Source: Candidatus Omnitrophota bacterium (GTDB lineage: Bacteria; Omnitrophota; Gorgyraeia; Zapsychrales; Fredricksoniimonadaceae). Taken from it: a DNA stretch of 64,000 nucleotides. Positions 27,315 to 37,459 of this stretch are shown here, piece by piece. The translations under genes and the position numbers were made by a program. The notes beneath the pieces were generated by a model. It saw only the letters and a program-made list of their open reading frames with translations. It searched no databases and was not told the DNA's origin. The stretch lies in contig CAIUQE010000035.1 of the NCBI GenBank assembly GCA_903901225.1, positions 9,249-73,248 of the forward strand. The letters are read 5' to 3'. How positions within the stretch are numbered: position 1 is the first letter of the stretch; every line of letters starts with the position of its first letter.

Positions 27315-28421
27315 ATGGCAAGCATCAGACTCGAAAATCTGAGCAAGATCTATCCGGGTGCCGCGGCGAAAGTCGTGGCGAACGTTAACCTGGAAGTCGG
27401 GGACAAGGAATTCATTGTCCTGGTGGGGCCTTCAGGTTGCGGCAAGTCCACGACCCTGCGGATGATCGCGGGCCTGGAGCCTGTTACCGAGGGGAAGATC
27501 TGGATCGGCGATCGCCTGGTCAATGATGTTCCCGCCCGAGACCGCGATATCGCCATGGTGTTCCAGAATTACGCGCTCTACCCTCACATGACCGTTTTCG
27601 AGAACATGGCCTTCGGCCTCAAGCTCCGGAATTATCCGAAGGTTGAGATCGAGAAGCGCGTGCATGAGGCGGCGGAGATCCTCAACGTCCACAAGTACCT
27701 CAACCGGCGCCCGGGCCAGCTTTCGGGCGGTGAGTGCCAGCGCGTCGCGCTCGGCCGCGCGATCGTGCGCAAGCCCAAGGTGTTCCTCTTCGACGAGCCT
27801 CTCTCCAATCTTGACGCCAGGATGCGCGTGACGATGCGCACGGAGATCCATAAATTGCGCACGCGCCTGCAGACCACGTTCATCTATGTGACCCATGATC
27901 AGACCGAGGCCATGACCATGGGCAACAGGATCGTTATCATGAAGAATGGAGCGATCCAGCAGTGCGCCGGGCCCATGACCATTTATGATAAGCCGGCCAA
28001 CAAATTCGTGGCCGGTTTCATCGGCACGCCTCCGATCAACCTGATCAAGGGCGCGATCCTGCACAAGGACAGGAAATATTATTTTGACGAGGGGAAATTC
28101 CGCGTTAAACTGATGGATGAAATGAGCGGCTTCCTCGCTCCGTACGCCGGCAAAGATGTTATTTTAGGGGTCCGCAGCGAGGACATTTACGACAAGCTGT
28201 TCGTTTCGGAAGCGTCCGCGGATAACACGGTCCGGGTGACCTGCGAGGTGGTGGAGCCTCTGGGGTCGGATGTTTACTTGTACCTTAATTCCGGGAAGAA
28301 CACTTTCATGGCGCGCGTGGGGGCCCATAACCGCCCCGAGGTCAACCGCGACGTGGAAGTTGTCTTCGACATGCGCAAGGTGCACTTCTTTGATCCAGAA
28401 ACTGAAACAACGATCATTTAA
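27315..28421 (+). CDS. sugar ABC transporter ATP-binding protein (MalK/UgpC type)
   Basis: Walker A GPSGCGKST, the LSGGQ-like signature LSGGECQR, Walker B LFDEPLSNLD, and a C-terminal MalK-type regulatory domain. Confidence 0.9.
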   Translation: MASIRLENLSKIYPGAAAKVVANVNLEVGDKEFIVLVGPSGCGKSTTLRMIAGLEPVTEGKIWIGDRLVNDVPARDRDIAMVFQNYALYPHMTVFENMAFGLKLRNYPKVEIEKRVHEAAEILNVHKYLNRRPGQLSGGECQRVALGRAIVRKPKVFLFDEPLSNLDARMRVTMRTEIHKLRTRLQTTFIYVTHDQTEAMTMGNRIVIMKNGAIQQCAGPMTIYDKPANKFVAGFIGTPPINLIKGAILHKDRKYYFDEGKFRVKLMDEMSGFLAPYAGKDVILGVRSEDIYDKLFVSEASADNTVRVTCEVVEPLGSDVYLYLNSGKNTFMARVGAHNRPEVNRDVEVVFDMRKVHFFDPETETTII

Positions 28422-29685
28422 GTATTTTATCCTGCTCGTTATCTGCCTTCTTCTGCCCCTTATCGGGTTCTTTGTTTACGCGACCCGGTTCCAGACAGGA
28501 TTCTTCGCTTTTCTGACGCTGGCCCTGCTGATCAATATCCTCCTGTTGTCGCTTTTCTTCCACCGCCTCAAGAACCGAAGGTCCCTGCTCAAGCTCCAGC
28601 GCGAGGAATTTTCCGAGAAGGCCAATGTCCTCAAGGTCGACCTGGAGAATGAGGTCGCGGCCATCGCTGCTTTTCGCCGGAAGATCGTCACCTATTCCCA
28701 GCTCAAGGTTTTTGTCGAGAAGCTGAGCCTGTGCCTGACGCAGGAGGATTCCGCGCACATGCTTTGCCGCGAGGTGGGCAGGTTCTTCGAACAGGCGGAT
28801 GCGACCGTTGTTGTTTACGTGCTTGACGCGGCTACGGGCGAACTCGCCATTGTTTCTTCGGAAGCCAACCAGCATCCGGTGAACGTCAAAAGCAAGCGCG
28901 GCGATGTGTTCGACAGGTGGATCATGCAGAACATGCAGCCGTTATACCTTGAGGACACGAAGAATGATTTTCGTTTTGACCAGGATAAGGTGGAAGAAGA
29001 GCAAACCCGCCCGGTCCGTTCAGTCCTGAGCGTGCCGCTGGCTATTCACGCCAAACTTGTCGGTATCCTGAGGCTGGATAGCCCTGAGCCGGCGAAGTTC
29101 CACAAGGAAGACCTGCGGTTCCTGAAGGCCATCGGGGATGTGGCGGCCGTGGCGATCGAGAACGCGCAGCTTTACGACAAGGTCGAAGACCTTGCCATCC
29201 GTGACAGCCTGACCGGCTTGTACTTGCGCCGTTATCTGGCCGAACGTCTTCAGGAGGAGCTGGCGCGGCATTTGCGCCGTGACAAGCCTGTGGCATTCCT
29301 CATCCTGGACCTGGACCATTTCAAACAGTATAACGACAGTTTCGGCCATGCGGCGGGTGACCTGGTCCTCCGGCATATGGCGGCGCTCATGCGGCGGCAT
29401 TTTTCGACACCCGGAAACCTGCTCTGCCGTTACGGGGGGGAGGAATTTTGCGTGGTCCTGCCGGAATGTTCCAAAGAAGAGGCCATGGCCCTTGCTAAAA
29501 GTTTTGTGGCGCTGGTTGAAAGTGAAGCCGTGACGCTGCGCCGGGAAAAGACGCCCGTGACCGTTTCCGTGGGGGTCGCGGTATTCCCTTCGGACGGGCG
29601 GACTAAAGAAGAATTGATCCAGAAAGCAGATCACGCGTTATACGAGGCCAAGCGTAAAGGCCGCAATTGTGCCTGCGCGGCGTGA
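28390..29685 (+). CDS. diguanylate cyclase with two N-terminal TM helices, a GAF domain and a GGDEF (GGEEF) domain
   Basis: GGEEF active site, RxxD-like I-site and a GAF segment. Start set at the TTG at 28390 (AAGGTG SD). The listed ATG at 28270 lies inside malK in another frame. Confidence 0.7.
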   Translation: MIQKLKQRSFKYFILLVICLLLPLIGFFVYATRFQTGFFAFLTLALLINILLLSLFFHRLKNRRSLLKLQREEFSEKANVLKVDLENEVAAIAAFRRKIVTYSQLKVFVEKLSLCLTQEDSAHMLCREVGRFFEQADATVVVYVLDAATGELAIVSSEANQHPVNVKSKRGDVFDRWIMQNMQPLYLEDTKNDFRFDQDKVEEEQTRPVRSVLSVPLAIHAKLVGILRLDSPEPAKFHKEDLRFLKAIGDVAAVAIENAQLYDKVEDLAIRDSLTGLYLRRYLAERLQEELARHLRRDKPVAFLILDLDHFKQYNDSFGHAAGDLVLRHMAALMRRHFSTPGNLLCRYGGEEFCVVLPECSKEEAMALAKSFVALVESEAVTLRREKTPVTVSVGVAVFPSDGRTKEELIQKADHALYEAKRKGRNCACAA

Positions 29686-29712
29686 GCGGACGCTGACGCG
29701 TAAAGGAGCGGG

Positions 29713-30753
29713 ATGGACCAGTACCTGATGTTGATCCTTTTGGCGCTTCATACCGTGGCGGTGGCCTGTTTCGCCTGGGCCGCCGTGATGGAATTTGAGC
29801 AGCGGGCCGACAATGATGTTGTGCGCGTCAAGACGGGGTATTTGGGCATCATTGAACAGAAAGACCACCTGGCGGATGAGAAGAAACAGCTGCAGGCCGA
29901 AGCTGACCGTATTTTTCAGATGTTTGAGCTCACGCGCGAGGTGACCGCCACGTTCGATGAGCAGGAAGCGTTCATGGCGTTCAGGGAGCATATGAGCCGT
30001 TTTCTGACGGTCGAGGATTGCCAGATGCTCGAGCATTTTCCGCAGGACTTCAACGATTTTCCCCTGTTCAAGGGGTACAAGTTTTTTCCATTGCGCATCA
30101 ATAAAATGGTGCTGGGGGAGATCGCCTACAAGGGGATGGCGGACGCGGATGAGGAAGCCTTTACCGTGCTGGTGCACCAGTTCGCGCTGGGCTTGCGGCG
30201 CATCCGGCTTTACCATGAGGTGGAGAACCTGGCGATCACCGACGGGTTGACGCAAATGCATACCCGCCGGCACCTTGGTGAGCGTTTTGAAGAGGAATTC
30301 CGCCGCGCGACACTGCGCCAGGTGCCGTTGTCGGTGCTCATGATCGATGTGGACCATTTCAAGAAAGTGAACGACCAGTACGGGCATTTGACCGGCGATA
30401 TGCTCCTGCGCGCCGTGGCCCGGATCATCTTGGAGCACATCCGCGAGATCGATATCGCCGGCCGCTACGGCGGCGAGGAATTCTGCCTCCTTTTGCTCGA
30501 CACGGATAAGCCGGGAGCCTTGGTCGTGGCCGAGCGTATCCGTGAGGCCATTCATGCCAAAGGCATCAAGGCGTATGATGCCGCGATCCGCGTGAGCGTC
30601 AGCATCGGGGTGTCGTCCCTGCCCGATGACGCGGCCAAGGTCGAGGAGTTGCTCGACAAGGCCGATTGGGCGCTTTACCGCGCCAAAAGATCAGGCCGCA
30701 ACCGCGTGGTCGGTTTCAGTGTTTATCCGCCAGAGAATATAAATCCAGGTTGA
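29713..30753 (+). CDS. membrane-anchored diguanylate cyclase (GGEEF)
   Basis: N-terminal TM helix, coiled coil and a GGDEF domain with a GGEEF motif. Confidence 0.8.
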   Translation: MDQYLMLILLALHTVAVACFAWAAVMEFEQRADNDVVRVKTGYLGIIEQKDHLADEKKQLQAEADRIFQMFELTREVTATFDEQEAFMAFREHMSRFLTVEDCQMLEHFPQDFNDFPLFKGYKFFPLRINKMVLGEIAYKGMADADEEAFTVLVHQFALGLRRIRLYHEVENLAITDGLTQMHTRRHLGERFEEEFRRATLRQVPLSVLMIDVDHFKKVNDQYGHLTGDMLLRAVARIILEHIREIDIAGRYGGEEFCLLLLDTDKPGALVVAERIREAIHAKGIKAYDAAIRVSVSIGVSSLPDDAAKVEELLDKADWALYRAKRSGRNRVVGFSVYPPENINPG

Positions 30754-30778
30754 ATTACGGCGTCTTTTTATATACAAT
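30750..30778 (+). promoter_or_regulatory. candidate sigma70 promoter TTGAAT-17-TACAAT
   Basis: AT-rich 65-bp gap upstream of the ROK kinase gene. Confidence 0.3.
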
Positions 30779-30819
30779 GAAAATTCAAATTTATAATAAT
30801 TATTACCTTTAAGCCCCAT

Positions 30820-31746
30820 ATGAAGAAATACGTGGTTGGTGTCGATGTTGGCGGGACGAACGTGAGGCTTGGGCTGGTCGATCCGCGCGGGGATGTTTGT
30901 TCCAGCCTGTCTTTTGCCACCCGGCATTTTTCCGCGACCCCGGAGAAACTCACCGGCGCGATCTGCGAGGCTGTCGGTACGCTCCTGCGCAAGGAACGGA
31001 TCGTGAAGGCCAGGATCGCGGGCGTTGGCGTGGGGCTTCCCGGCCTGGTCGATGTTGAAAAAGGCATTGTCCGGATCCTTCCTAATATCCCGGGATGGAA
31101 GGACGTCTTGTTGCAAAAAGACATGGAAAAACGCCTTGGATTGCGGGTCCAGCTTGAGAATGACGTGAACATGATCACCCTCGGCGAATGGAAATACGGC
31201 GCCGGCAGGGGGTTTACGGATGTGATCGTGATGACGCTCGGCACGGGCGTTGGCGCGGGGCTTGTCCTTTCCGGCGACATTTATCGCGGCCCCGGGTTTG
31301 CCGCGGGTGAGATCGGCCACGCGCCGTTCAATGATGAAGGGCCTGAATGCGGCTGCGGCGGTTGGGGGTGTTTTGAACGTTATGTGGGCAACAAGGAGCT
31401 CCAGCGCCTGGCGGCCGGCATATTCAAGGAGCGTGACATCGCGCTTGAAGAAGTTTACCGCAAGGCGGTGGACGGAAAAAAGAAAGCCCTGGAATTCTGG
31501 GACATGGTCGGGCAGAGGGTCGGCAACGGCCTGGTCGGCGCGGTCAATCTCCTGAATCCCGAGGCGGTTGTCATCGGCGGCGGGGTGTCCCGCAGTTTTG
31601 CTTTTATCGAGCCGGCGATCGCGCGAACGTTGCGCCGGCGCGCGATGCGCACGCAGGCCGAGATGGTCCGTATCGTCAAGGCCCAGCTGGATGATGATGC
31701 CGGTATTATTGGAGCCAAGGTATTGATCTGCCATGAAAAACATTAA
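30820..31746 (+). CDS. ROK-family sugar kinase (glucokinase-like)
   Basis: VGVDVGGTNVRLGLVD and the ROK zinc motif GH..C.CG..GC.E. Confidence 0.85.
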   Translation: MKKYVVGVDVGGTNVRLGLVDPRGDVCSSLSFATRHFSATPEKLTGAICEAVGTLLRKERIVKARIAGVGVGLPGLVDVEKGIVRILPNIPGWKDVLLQKDMEKRLGLRVQLENDVNMITLGEWKYGAGRGFTDVIVMTLGTGVGAGLVLSGDIYRGPGFAAGEIGHAPFNDEGPECGCGGWGCFERYVGNKELQRLAAGIFKERDIALEEVYRKAVDGKKKALEFWDMVGQRVGNGLVGAVNLLNPEAVVIGGGVSRSFAFIEPAIARTLRRRAMRTQAEMVRIVKAQLDDDAGIIGAKVLICHEKH

Positions 31747-33874
31747 GACCTGTTCTGTTTTTCTGTTCATGCTCCTCGTGCTGTGCGGGTGGGTGTCCGT
31801 GGTGAAGGTGTTTGCCCAGGACACAGGATCGAAGAATGCTGACCCCGTGGAACTGAACGGCGACGTGATCGAGTACAAGGCCGAAGAAGGGAAGATGGTC
31901 GCCACGGGCAATGTGCTGTTGAAGCAGAAAGACACGGTCCTTTATTGCGATAAGGTGGAGTTTTACAAGGAAAAGAAAGAGGCCCATGCCGAGGGCAATG
32001 TTATCCTTAAGTCCGGCAGGGGAGAGGTATGGGCGGACAAGGCTTTTTTTAATTTCGCGACCAAAAAAGGCGAGTTCACCAACGCGCGCTTCATGGCCGA
32101 CCCGCTTTACGGACGCGCCCGTTCCATCATCAGGGTGGGGGAAAATTATTATATCCTCAAGGATGGTTATCTGACGACGAGCGATTACGACACCCCCGGA
32201 TATCGTATCAAAGCGAGGCGCCTGGACGTTTATCCTGATGACAAGGCTGTGGCCCGTGATTCGGTCATGTACCTGGGGTCGGTCCCGATCATGTACATGC
32301 CAAAATATGTCCAGGATCTGCGTACCGACCGGCCGCATTTCAGCTTCATTCCCGGTTACAGCAAGGAGTTCGGGCCTTACGCGTTAATGACGTACCGCGC
32401 GCCGTTGACCGGGCGGATCGAAATGCTTTACCATCTTGACCTGCGGGAGCGCAAGGGCATCGCGTGGGGCATTGATGCTAAATATAACGCGGCGCCTTAC
32501 GGGACCGGCCTTGTGCGAACTTATTACACCAAGGAAACCAAGGCGGATAATCGTTGGCTCTGGGAACAGAATACGGAACCTGTTGTCAAACACCAGCAGG
32601 CGCGCGTCGAATGGCGACATATGGTGGACATCGACCCTGCTACATTTTTGATCGGACAATATTACCGGATCAGGGACCCCAATTTCATGGTCAGGTATTT
32701 TCCCAGGGAGCATCAGCAGGATGAAAGTCCCGCCACATACGTGCTGTTGACACATTCAACGTCGGCCACAACCTCTTCCTTACGTTTTGATCGCCGTGTA
32801 AACCGCGACCAGGCCATGGTAGAACGTTTGCCGGAGGCTTCCTTTTCCTTGTCCAATCAGGAGCTTGGCACCAGCGGGTTTTATTTCAAGAGCACGAACA
32901 CTGCCTCCAGCCTGGTGTACAAAGACCCGGCGCCGTCGGATAATCAAAAACGCACCCTGCGCCTTGACACGGACAATGACCTGTCGCATCCCTTCAAGGT
33001 CGCGTTTCTCGAGGTTAATCCTCATGTCGGTACCGAACAGACGTATTACTGGCGGGCTTTGGAGATGAAGGACAATAACAGTATCCGCGGGCTTTTCAAG
33101 ACCGGCGTGGACTTAAGCACCAAATTTTACAAGATCTATAACGCGCATTTTGACAAATGGGGATTTGAGCTTAACAATGTTCGCCATGTCATCACCCCGA
33201 CGGTATCTGAATGGTATCAGCACGCGCCCACCATGCCTTCTTCCAAGTTTTACCAATATGACGCCATGGATAACCGGGCCATGAGCCATCAGGTCACATT
33301 TGGCATCGAGAATAAGTTGCAGACGAAAAGGAAAGGCGTGTCGGTGGATTTCTTTCGTTCATTGTTCAGCGTGCCCTATCGGCTTAATGATGACCCTGCC
33401 GGACCAGGACTGGGTGATATGACGGTAGCCAATGAGTTTTATGCCAATCAATATGTGTCCTTGCATGAGGACATGACGTACAGCAACGATTTGCACCAGC
33501 TGCAGACGGTGAATGTGAGCATAGGTCTGAATGACCAGAATAAATGGGACCTTAATATTGGTCAGCGCAAGGCTACAGGAGGGGAAGATCTTTTTACGTC
33601 CCAATTGTCCTACAAGTTCAATCCTTTGTGGAAGACGGTCATCTACGAGCAGTTTGAATCGAGGACCGGGCAGTTGCGGCAGCAGCAGTATTCCTTTGTC
33701 CGCGACCTGCATTCCTGGGAGGTGGAATTCGCCTTTATTGACAAGAACCACTACCAGGACAGCGGCAGTGAGATATGGTTCATTTTTCGCATCAAAGCAT
33801 TCCCGTCAGTCGCTGTTAACGGCGGTTCGAGTTTCGCGACGGCAAAAGCAGGGTCACAGTCGAAGACGTTTTAG
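31733..33874 (+). CDS. lptD: LPS-assembly protein LptD (OstA family)
   Basis: Signal peptide, an N-terminal OstA-like domain (VELNGDVIEY...GNVLLKQKD..) and a large C-terminal beta-barrel. Confidence 0.75.
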   Translation: MKNIKTCSVFLFMLLVLCGWVSVVKVFAQDTGSKNADPVELNGDVIEYKAEEGKMVATGNVLLKQKDTVLYCDKVEFYKEKKEAHAEGNVILKSGRGEVWADKAFFNFATKKGEFTNARFMADPLYGRARSIIRVGENYYILKDGYLTTSDYDTPGYRIKARRLDVYPDDKAVARDSVMYLGSVPIMYMPKYVQDLRTDRPHFSFIPGYSKEFGPYALMTYRAPLTGRIEMLYHLDLRERKGIAWGIDAKYNAAPYGTGLVRTYYTKETKADNRWLWEQNTEPVVKHQQARVEWRHMVDIDPATFLIGQYYRIRDPNFMVRYFPREHQQDESPATYVLLTHSTSATTSSLRFDRRVNRDQAMVERLPEASFSLSNQELGTSGFYFKSTNTASSLVYKDPAPSDNQKRTLRLDTDNDLSHPFKVAFLEVNPHVGTEQTYYWRALEMKDNNSIRGLFKTGVDLSTKFYKIYNAHFDKWGFELNNVRHVITPTVSEWYQHAPTMPSSKFYQYDAMDNRAMSHQVTFGIENKLQTKRKGVSVDFFRSLFSVPYRLNDDPAGPGLGDMTVANEFYANQYVSLHEDMTYSNDLHQLQTVNVSIGLNDQNKWDLNIGQRKATGGEDLFTSQLSYKFNPLWKTVIYEQFESRTGQLRQQQYSFVRDLHSWEVEFAFIDKNHYQDSGSEIWFIFRIKAFPSVAVNGGSSFATAKAGSQSKTF

Positions 33875-33889
33875 TTGAGAGAGGGGTAT

Positions 33890-35224
33890 ATGGAAATCGC
33901 GATCATTGGTTCAGGTTATGTCGGGCTTGTCACGGGAGTTTGCCTTGCCCATATCGGGCACACGGTCACGTGCGTTGACAATAATCCTGAAAAGGTCCGC
34001 AAGCTCAAGGCGGGCGAGGTCCCGATCTACGAACCGGGCCTCGAGCCCCTTATGCACAAGTACAGCAAAATGAAACGCTTGAATTTCTCGTCGTCCATTG
34101 AGGCGGCGACGAAAAAAGCGACGGTCATTTTCATCGCGGTGGGGACCCCGTCAAAGAAGAACGGCGACGCTGACCTTACTTATATCGAGAATGTGGCGCG
34201 CGCGATCGCCAGGAACATGGATTCTTATAAGCTGCTCGTCGAGAAGTCAACGGTCCCCGTGCAGACGGGCAACCGCATCGAGCGCACCGTGGCGCTCAAT
34301 CTTCCGGCAAAATTCCGCCGCGGCAATAAATGCCTTGTGGAATTCGATGTCGCCTCCAATCCGGAGTTCCTGCGCGAAGGCTCGGCGGTGGAAGATTTCA
34401 TGAATCCCGACCGTATCGTCATTGGCGTCAAGTCACGGCGGGCCGAACAGCTGCTGCGCGAGGTTTACGCGCCATTGAAAGCCAGGCTGGTCGTGACGAA
34501 CGTGGCCACCGCGGAAATGATCAAGCACGCCTCCAATTCGTTCCTGGCGACAAAGATATCTTTTATTAATTCCGTCGCGCAGATCTGCGACAGGGTCGGC
34601 GCCGACGTCCTCAGTGTGGCCGAAGGCATGGGCTATGACCGGCGTATCGGTCGCGCGTTCCTCAATGCCGGTATCGGTTACGGCGGCAGCTGCTTTCCGA
34701 AGGATGTTGACGCCTTCGTGCGCCTCGCCGAGAAGAGCGGGTATGATTTCAAGCTTCTCAAGGGCGTGCGCGACGTTAATGAGCAGCAGAAAGCCTCGTT
34801 CATCCACCTGATCGAGGATAAATTGTGGATCATCAAGGACAAGACCATCGCGATATGGGGCCTGGCGTTCAAGGCTGACACGGATGACATGCGCCGCGCC
34901 GCGTCCATTGACATTATCCAGGCGCTTCAGGAGGAGGGTGCCCGCGTCCAGGCGTTCGACCCCAAGGCCATGGATAACGCGCGCCATGAATTGAAAGGCG
35001 TCAAATTCTGCGCGGACGCGTACGCGGCCGCGAAAGGCGCGGATTGCCTGCTTGTCCTTACTGAATGGGAAGAGTTCAAGCGCCTGGACCTCAAGCGCGT
35101 CCGGGGGTTGTTGCGCCAGGCGGTGGTGTTTGACGGGCGGAATTTCTTCGATGACAAGCTGTTCGTTGATCTGGGGTTTGAATATCACGGGATCGGCCGT
35201 GGCAGGGGGGCGCATGCCAGCTGA
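33890..35224 (+). CDS. ugd: UDP-glucose 6-dehydrogenase
   Basis: [14 protein letters not shown] Rossmann fold, GGSCFPKD catalytic Cys, and the UDPGDH C-terminal domain. Confidence 0.9.
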   Translation: MEIAIIGSGYVGLVTGVCLAHIGHTVTCVDNNPEKVRKLKAGEVPIYEPGLEPLMHKYSKMKRLNFSSSIEAATKKATVIFIAVGTPSKKNGDADLTYIENVARAIARNMDSYKLLVEKSTVPVQTGNRIERTVALNLPAKFRRGNKCLVEFDVASNPEFLREGSAVEDFMNPDRIVIGVKSRRAEQLLREVYAPLKARLVVTNVATAEMIKHASNSFLATKISFINSVAQICDRVGADVLSVAEGMGYDRRIGRAFLNAGIGYGGSCFPKDVDAFVRLAEKSGYDFKLLKGVRDVNEQQKASFIHLIEDKLWIIKDKTIAIWGLAFKADTDDMRRAASIDIIQALQEEGARVQAFDPKAMDNARHELKGVKFCADAYAAAKGADCLLVLTEWEEFKRLDLKRVRGLLRQAVVFDGRNFFDDKLFVDLGFEYHGIGRGRGAHAS

Positions 35225-36158
35225 ACAGTCCGTTCTTATGTCCGGGGGCGCGGGTTTCCTCCCAAGCCATATGTGCGACATGCTCTTGGCGCGCGGCTAC
35301 AAGGTGATCTGCGCGGATAATTTTATCACCGGCAGGAAGGCCAACATTGCCCACCTCCTGAAGCACAAGAAGTTTACGCTCATCAGGCAGGATGTGACGG
35401 AACCTTTCAGGATCTGTGGCCGTATTAATTATGTGATGCACTGCGCGTCGCCCGCAAGCCCGGTCGATTACCTGAACCATCCTCTTGAGACGCTCATGGT
35501 CGGGGCGCAGGGCACCCAGAACATGCTGGATATCGCCAGGGCCAAGAAAGCCGTGTTCCTGCTGACATCGACATCCGAAGTTTACGGCGACCCGCTTGAA
35601 CATCCCCAGAAAGAAACGTATTGGGGCAATGTCAATCCCAACGGCCCCCGCAGTGTTTACGATGAGGCCAAGCGCTACGCCGAGGCGATCACCTTTGCCT
35701 ATCGCCGGACCTTCGGGGTGGATACGCGCGTTGTCCGTATTTTTAACACGTATGGCCCGCGCATGAACATCCACGACGGGCGCGTAGTCCCCAATTTCAT
35801 CGACCAGGCCCTCAAGGGCCTCCCGCTGACCGTGTACGGTGACGGGGAACAGACGCGCTCATTTTGTTACGTTTCCGACGAAGCCGATGGCATCCTGAAG
35901 CTGCTTTTCTCAAAGGAACCGGGGCCGGTGAATATCGGCAATCCCCGTGAATTCACGATGAAGGAATTCGCGGCGATCGTCCTGGAGTTGACCGGCAGTA
36001 AAAGCCGTATCATCCATAAACCTTTGCCCCAGGACGATCCACGCCAGCGCAAGCCCGATATCACCCTGGCGCGCCGCCGTCTCGGCTGGGAGCCGAAGGT
36101 GGCGCTCCGTGACGGGTTGAAAATGACGATCGACTGGTTTCGGGCCAATCCCGAGTAG
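35214..36158 (+). CDS. UDP-glucuronate decarboxylase (UXS/ArnA-decarboxylase-like SDR)
   Basis: GGAGFL, YDEAKR, and UXS hallmarks ([20 protein letters not shown]). An 11-nt overlap with ugd and a GGGGGG SD. Confidence 0.8.
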   Translation: MPAEQSVLMSGGAGFLPSHMCDMLLARGYKVICADNFITGRKANIAHLLKHKKFTLIRQDVTEPFRICGRINYVMHCASPASPVDYLNHPLETLMVGAQGTQNMLDIARAKKAVFLLTSTSEVYGDPLEHPQKETYWGNVNPNGPRSVYDEAKRYAEAITFAYRRTFGVDTRVVRIFNTYGPRMNIHDGRVVPNFIDQALKGLPLTVYGDGEQTRSFCYVSDEADGILKLLFSKEPGPVNIGNPREFTMKEFAAIVLELTGSKSRIIHKPLPQDDPRQRKPDITLARRRLGWEPKVALRDGLKMTIDWFRANPE

Positions 36159-36164
36159 GGGCGC

Positions 36165-36776
36165 ATGCTGACACAAGAGGATCTCATTCAATTTGAGAAC
36201 GAGATCGCCGGGGCTTTTGCCAAGGGCCTGATCAAGGCGCCGGTCCACCTGCGCGCCGGCCGAGAGGCCGAGCTCATCCGTCTTTTCCAGAAATACAATA
36301 TCGGCCCTGATGACCATATCCTGGGGCATTGGGATTCACACGAATTATGCCTGCTCAAAGGCGTGCCGCCGGATGTGCTGAAACAGGCGATCCTCGACGG
36401 GCGCAGCATCGCGTTGTGTTTTCCCGAATACCGGATTTACTGTTCCGGCATTGTGGGCAGCCTCATGGGCGTGGCCACGGGCCTGGCGTGGGCGATCAAG
36501 GCCCGGGGGGAGCGCGGCAGGGTCTTTCTTTTTTGCGGGGATATGTCTTCCGAGACGGGCATTTTTCATGAGGCGGTAAAGTACGCGGTGAATTTTGACC
36601 TTCCGGCCGTTTTCGTTGTTTCCGATAACGGGCTGAGCGTCATGACCGATACCCGCGCGGCGTGGGGATCGCGGGAACCCTGGTTTCTGGGCACGCGCTT
36701 CGTCGCGAAGATCGAGTATTTCCGTTACAAGAACGGCTGGCCGCATTCCGGGTTGGGGAAGCTGGTGAAGTTCTGA
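36165..36776 (+). CDS. thiamine-diphosphate-dependent enzyme, alpha/N-terminal (PP-domain) subunit, truncated transketolase/E1-like
   Basis: TPP-binding GDMSSETG...NFDLPAVFVVSDNG motif. Only 203 aa. Confidence 0.6.
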   Translation: MLTQEDLIQFENEIAGAFAKGLIKAPVHLRAGREAELIRLFQKYNIGPDDHILGHWDSHELCLLKGVPPDVLKQAILDGRSIALCFPEYRIYCSGIVGSLMGVATGLAWAIKARGERGRVFLFCGDMSSETGIFHEAVKYAVNFDLPAVFVVSDNGLSVMTDTRAAWGSREPWFLGTRFVAKIEYFRYKNGWPHSGLGKLVKF

Positions 36777-36918
36777 CATTAGTAGCCAGGGTTTTTGACG
36801 TATCTTGATACGAGTTCAGAAACCAAGCTTTCCTTAATGCTTTTTTGAAAAAGCTGTTTCTGCTGTTTGAGTAGCAAGATATGTTAAAAACCCGATGGGG
36901 AATATCTAAAAGATAACA

Positions 36919-37458
36919 ATGGCTAAATATTTTGACGAGCTTAAACGTACCATGGAATGGCTGGCGCAGCACCCGCAGGTGGTATTTGTGGGGCAGACCG
37001 CGGCGGTCCCTGGCACGTTCATGTACCAGACGCTGCGGGATATCCCGCCGGGGAAGGCCCTGGAGTTCCCGGTGGCCGAGAGCTTCCAGATGCAGTTCAC
37101 CCTGGGGTTGGCGATCGGGGGGTACATCCCGGTCAGCATTTATCCGCGGCAGAATTTCCTGCTGCTGGCCGCCGGCGACATGGCGAACATGGTCGACAAG
37201 TTCAGTGACCTGACCTGCGGCCGGGTGAACCCGCGCCTTATCATCCGCGTGGCCACGGGGCCGGATAAGCCGGTCCATCCCGGGCACCAGCATGTGGGCA
37301 ACTATGCCGGCGCGTTGCGCGCGATGTTCTCCCGTATCGAGGTTGTTGAACTGGATGAGCCGCAGGATATTTTTCCCGCGTATGAAAAGGCGTTGACGCG
37401 GCCGGACGCGAAGCCCGTGATCCTTATCGAGCACGGAAATCATTACCAGGACAAGTGA
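36919..37458 (+). CDS. thiamine-diphosphate-dependent enzyme, beta/C-terminal (PYR-domain) subunit
   Basis: Pyrimidine-binding domain similar to the transketolase C-part / E1-beta. 179 aa. Partner of the upstream gene. Confidence 0.55.
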   Translation: MAKYFDELKRTMEWLAQHPQVVFVGQTAAVPGTFMYQTLRDIPPGKALEFPVAESFQMQFTLGLAIGGYIPVSIYPRQNFLLLAAGDMANMVDKFSDLTCGRVNPRLIIRVATGPDKPVHPGHQHVGNYAGALRAMFSRIEVVELDEPQDIFPAYEKALTRPDAKPVILIEHGNHYQDK

Positions 37459-37459
37459 C

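Noticed and set aside
28270-28421. ATG start at 28270 for the GAF-GGDEF protein
   Set aside because: This would overlap the malK-like gene by ~150 nt in another frame. A TTG at 28390 with an AAGGTG SD gives a sensible N-terminus at the first TM helix.
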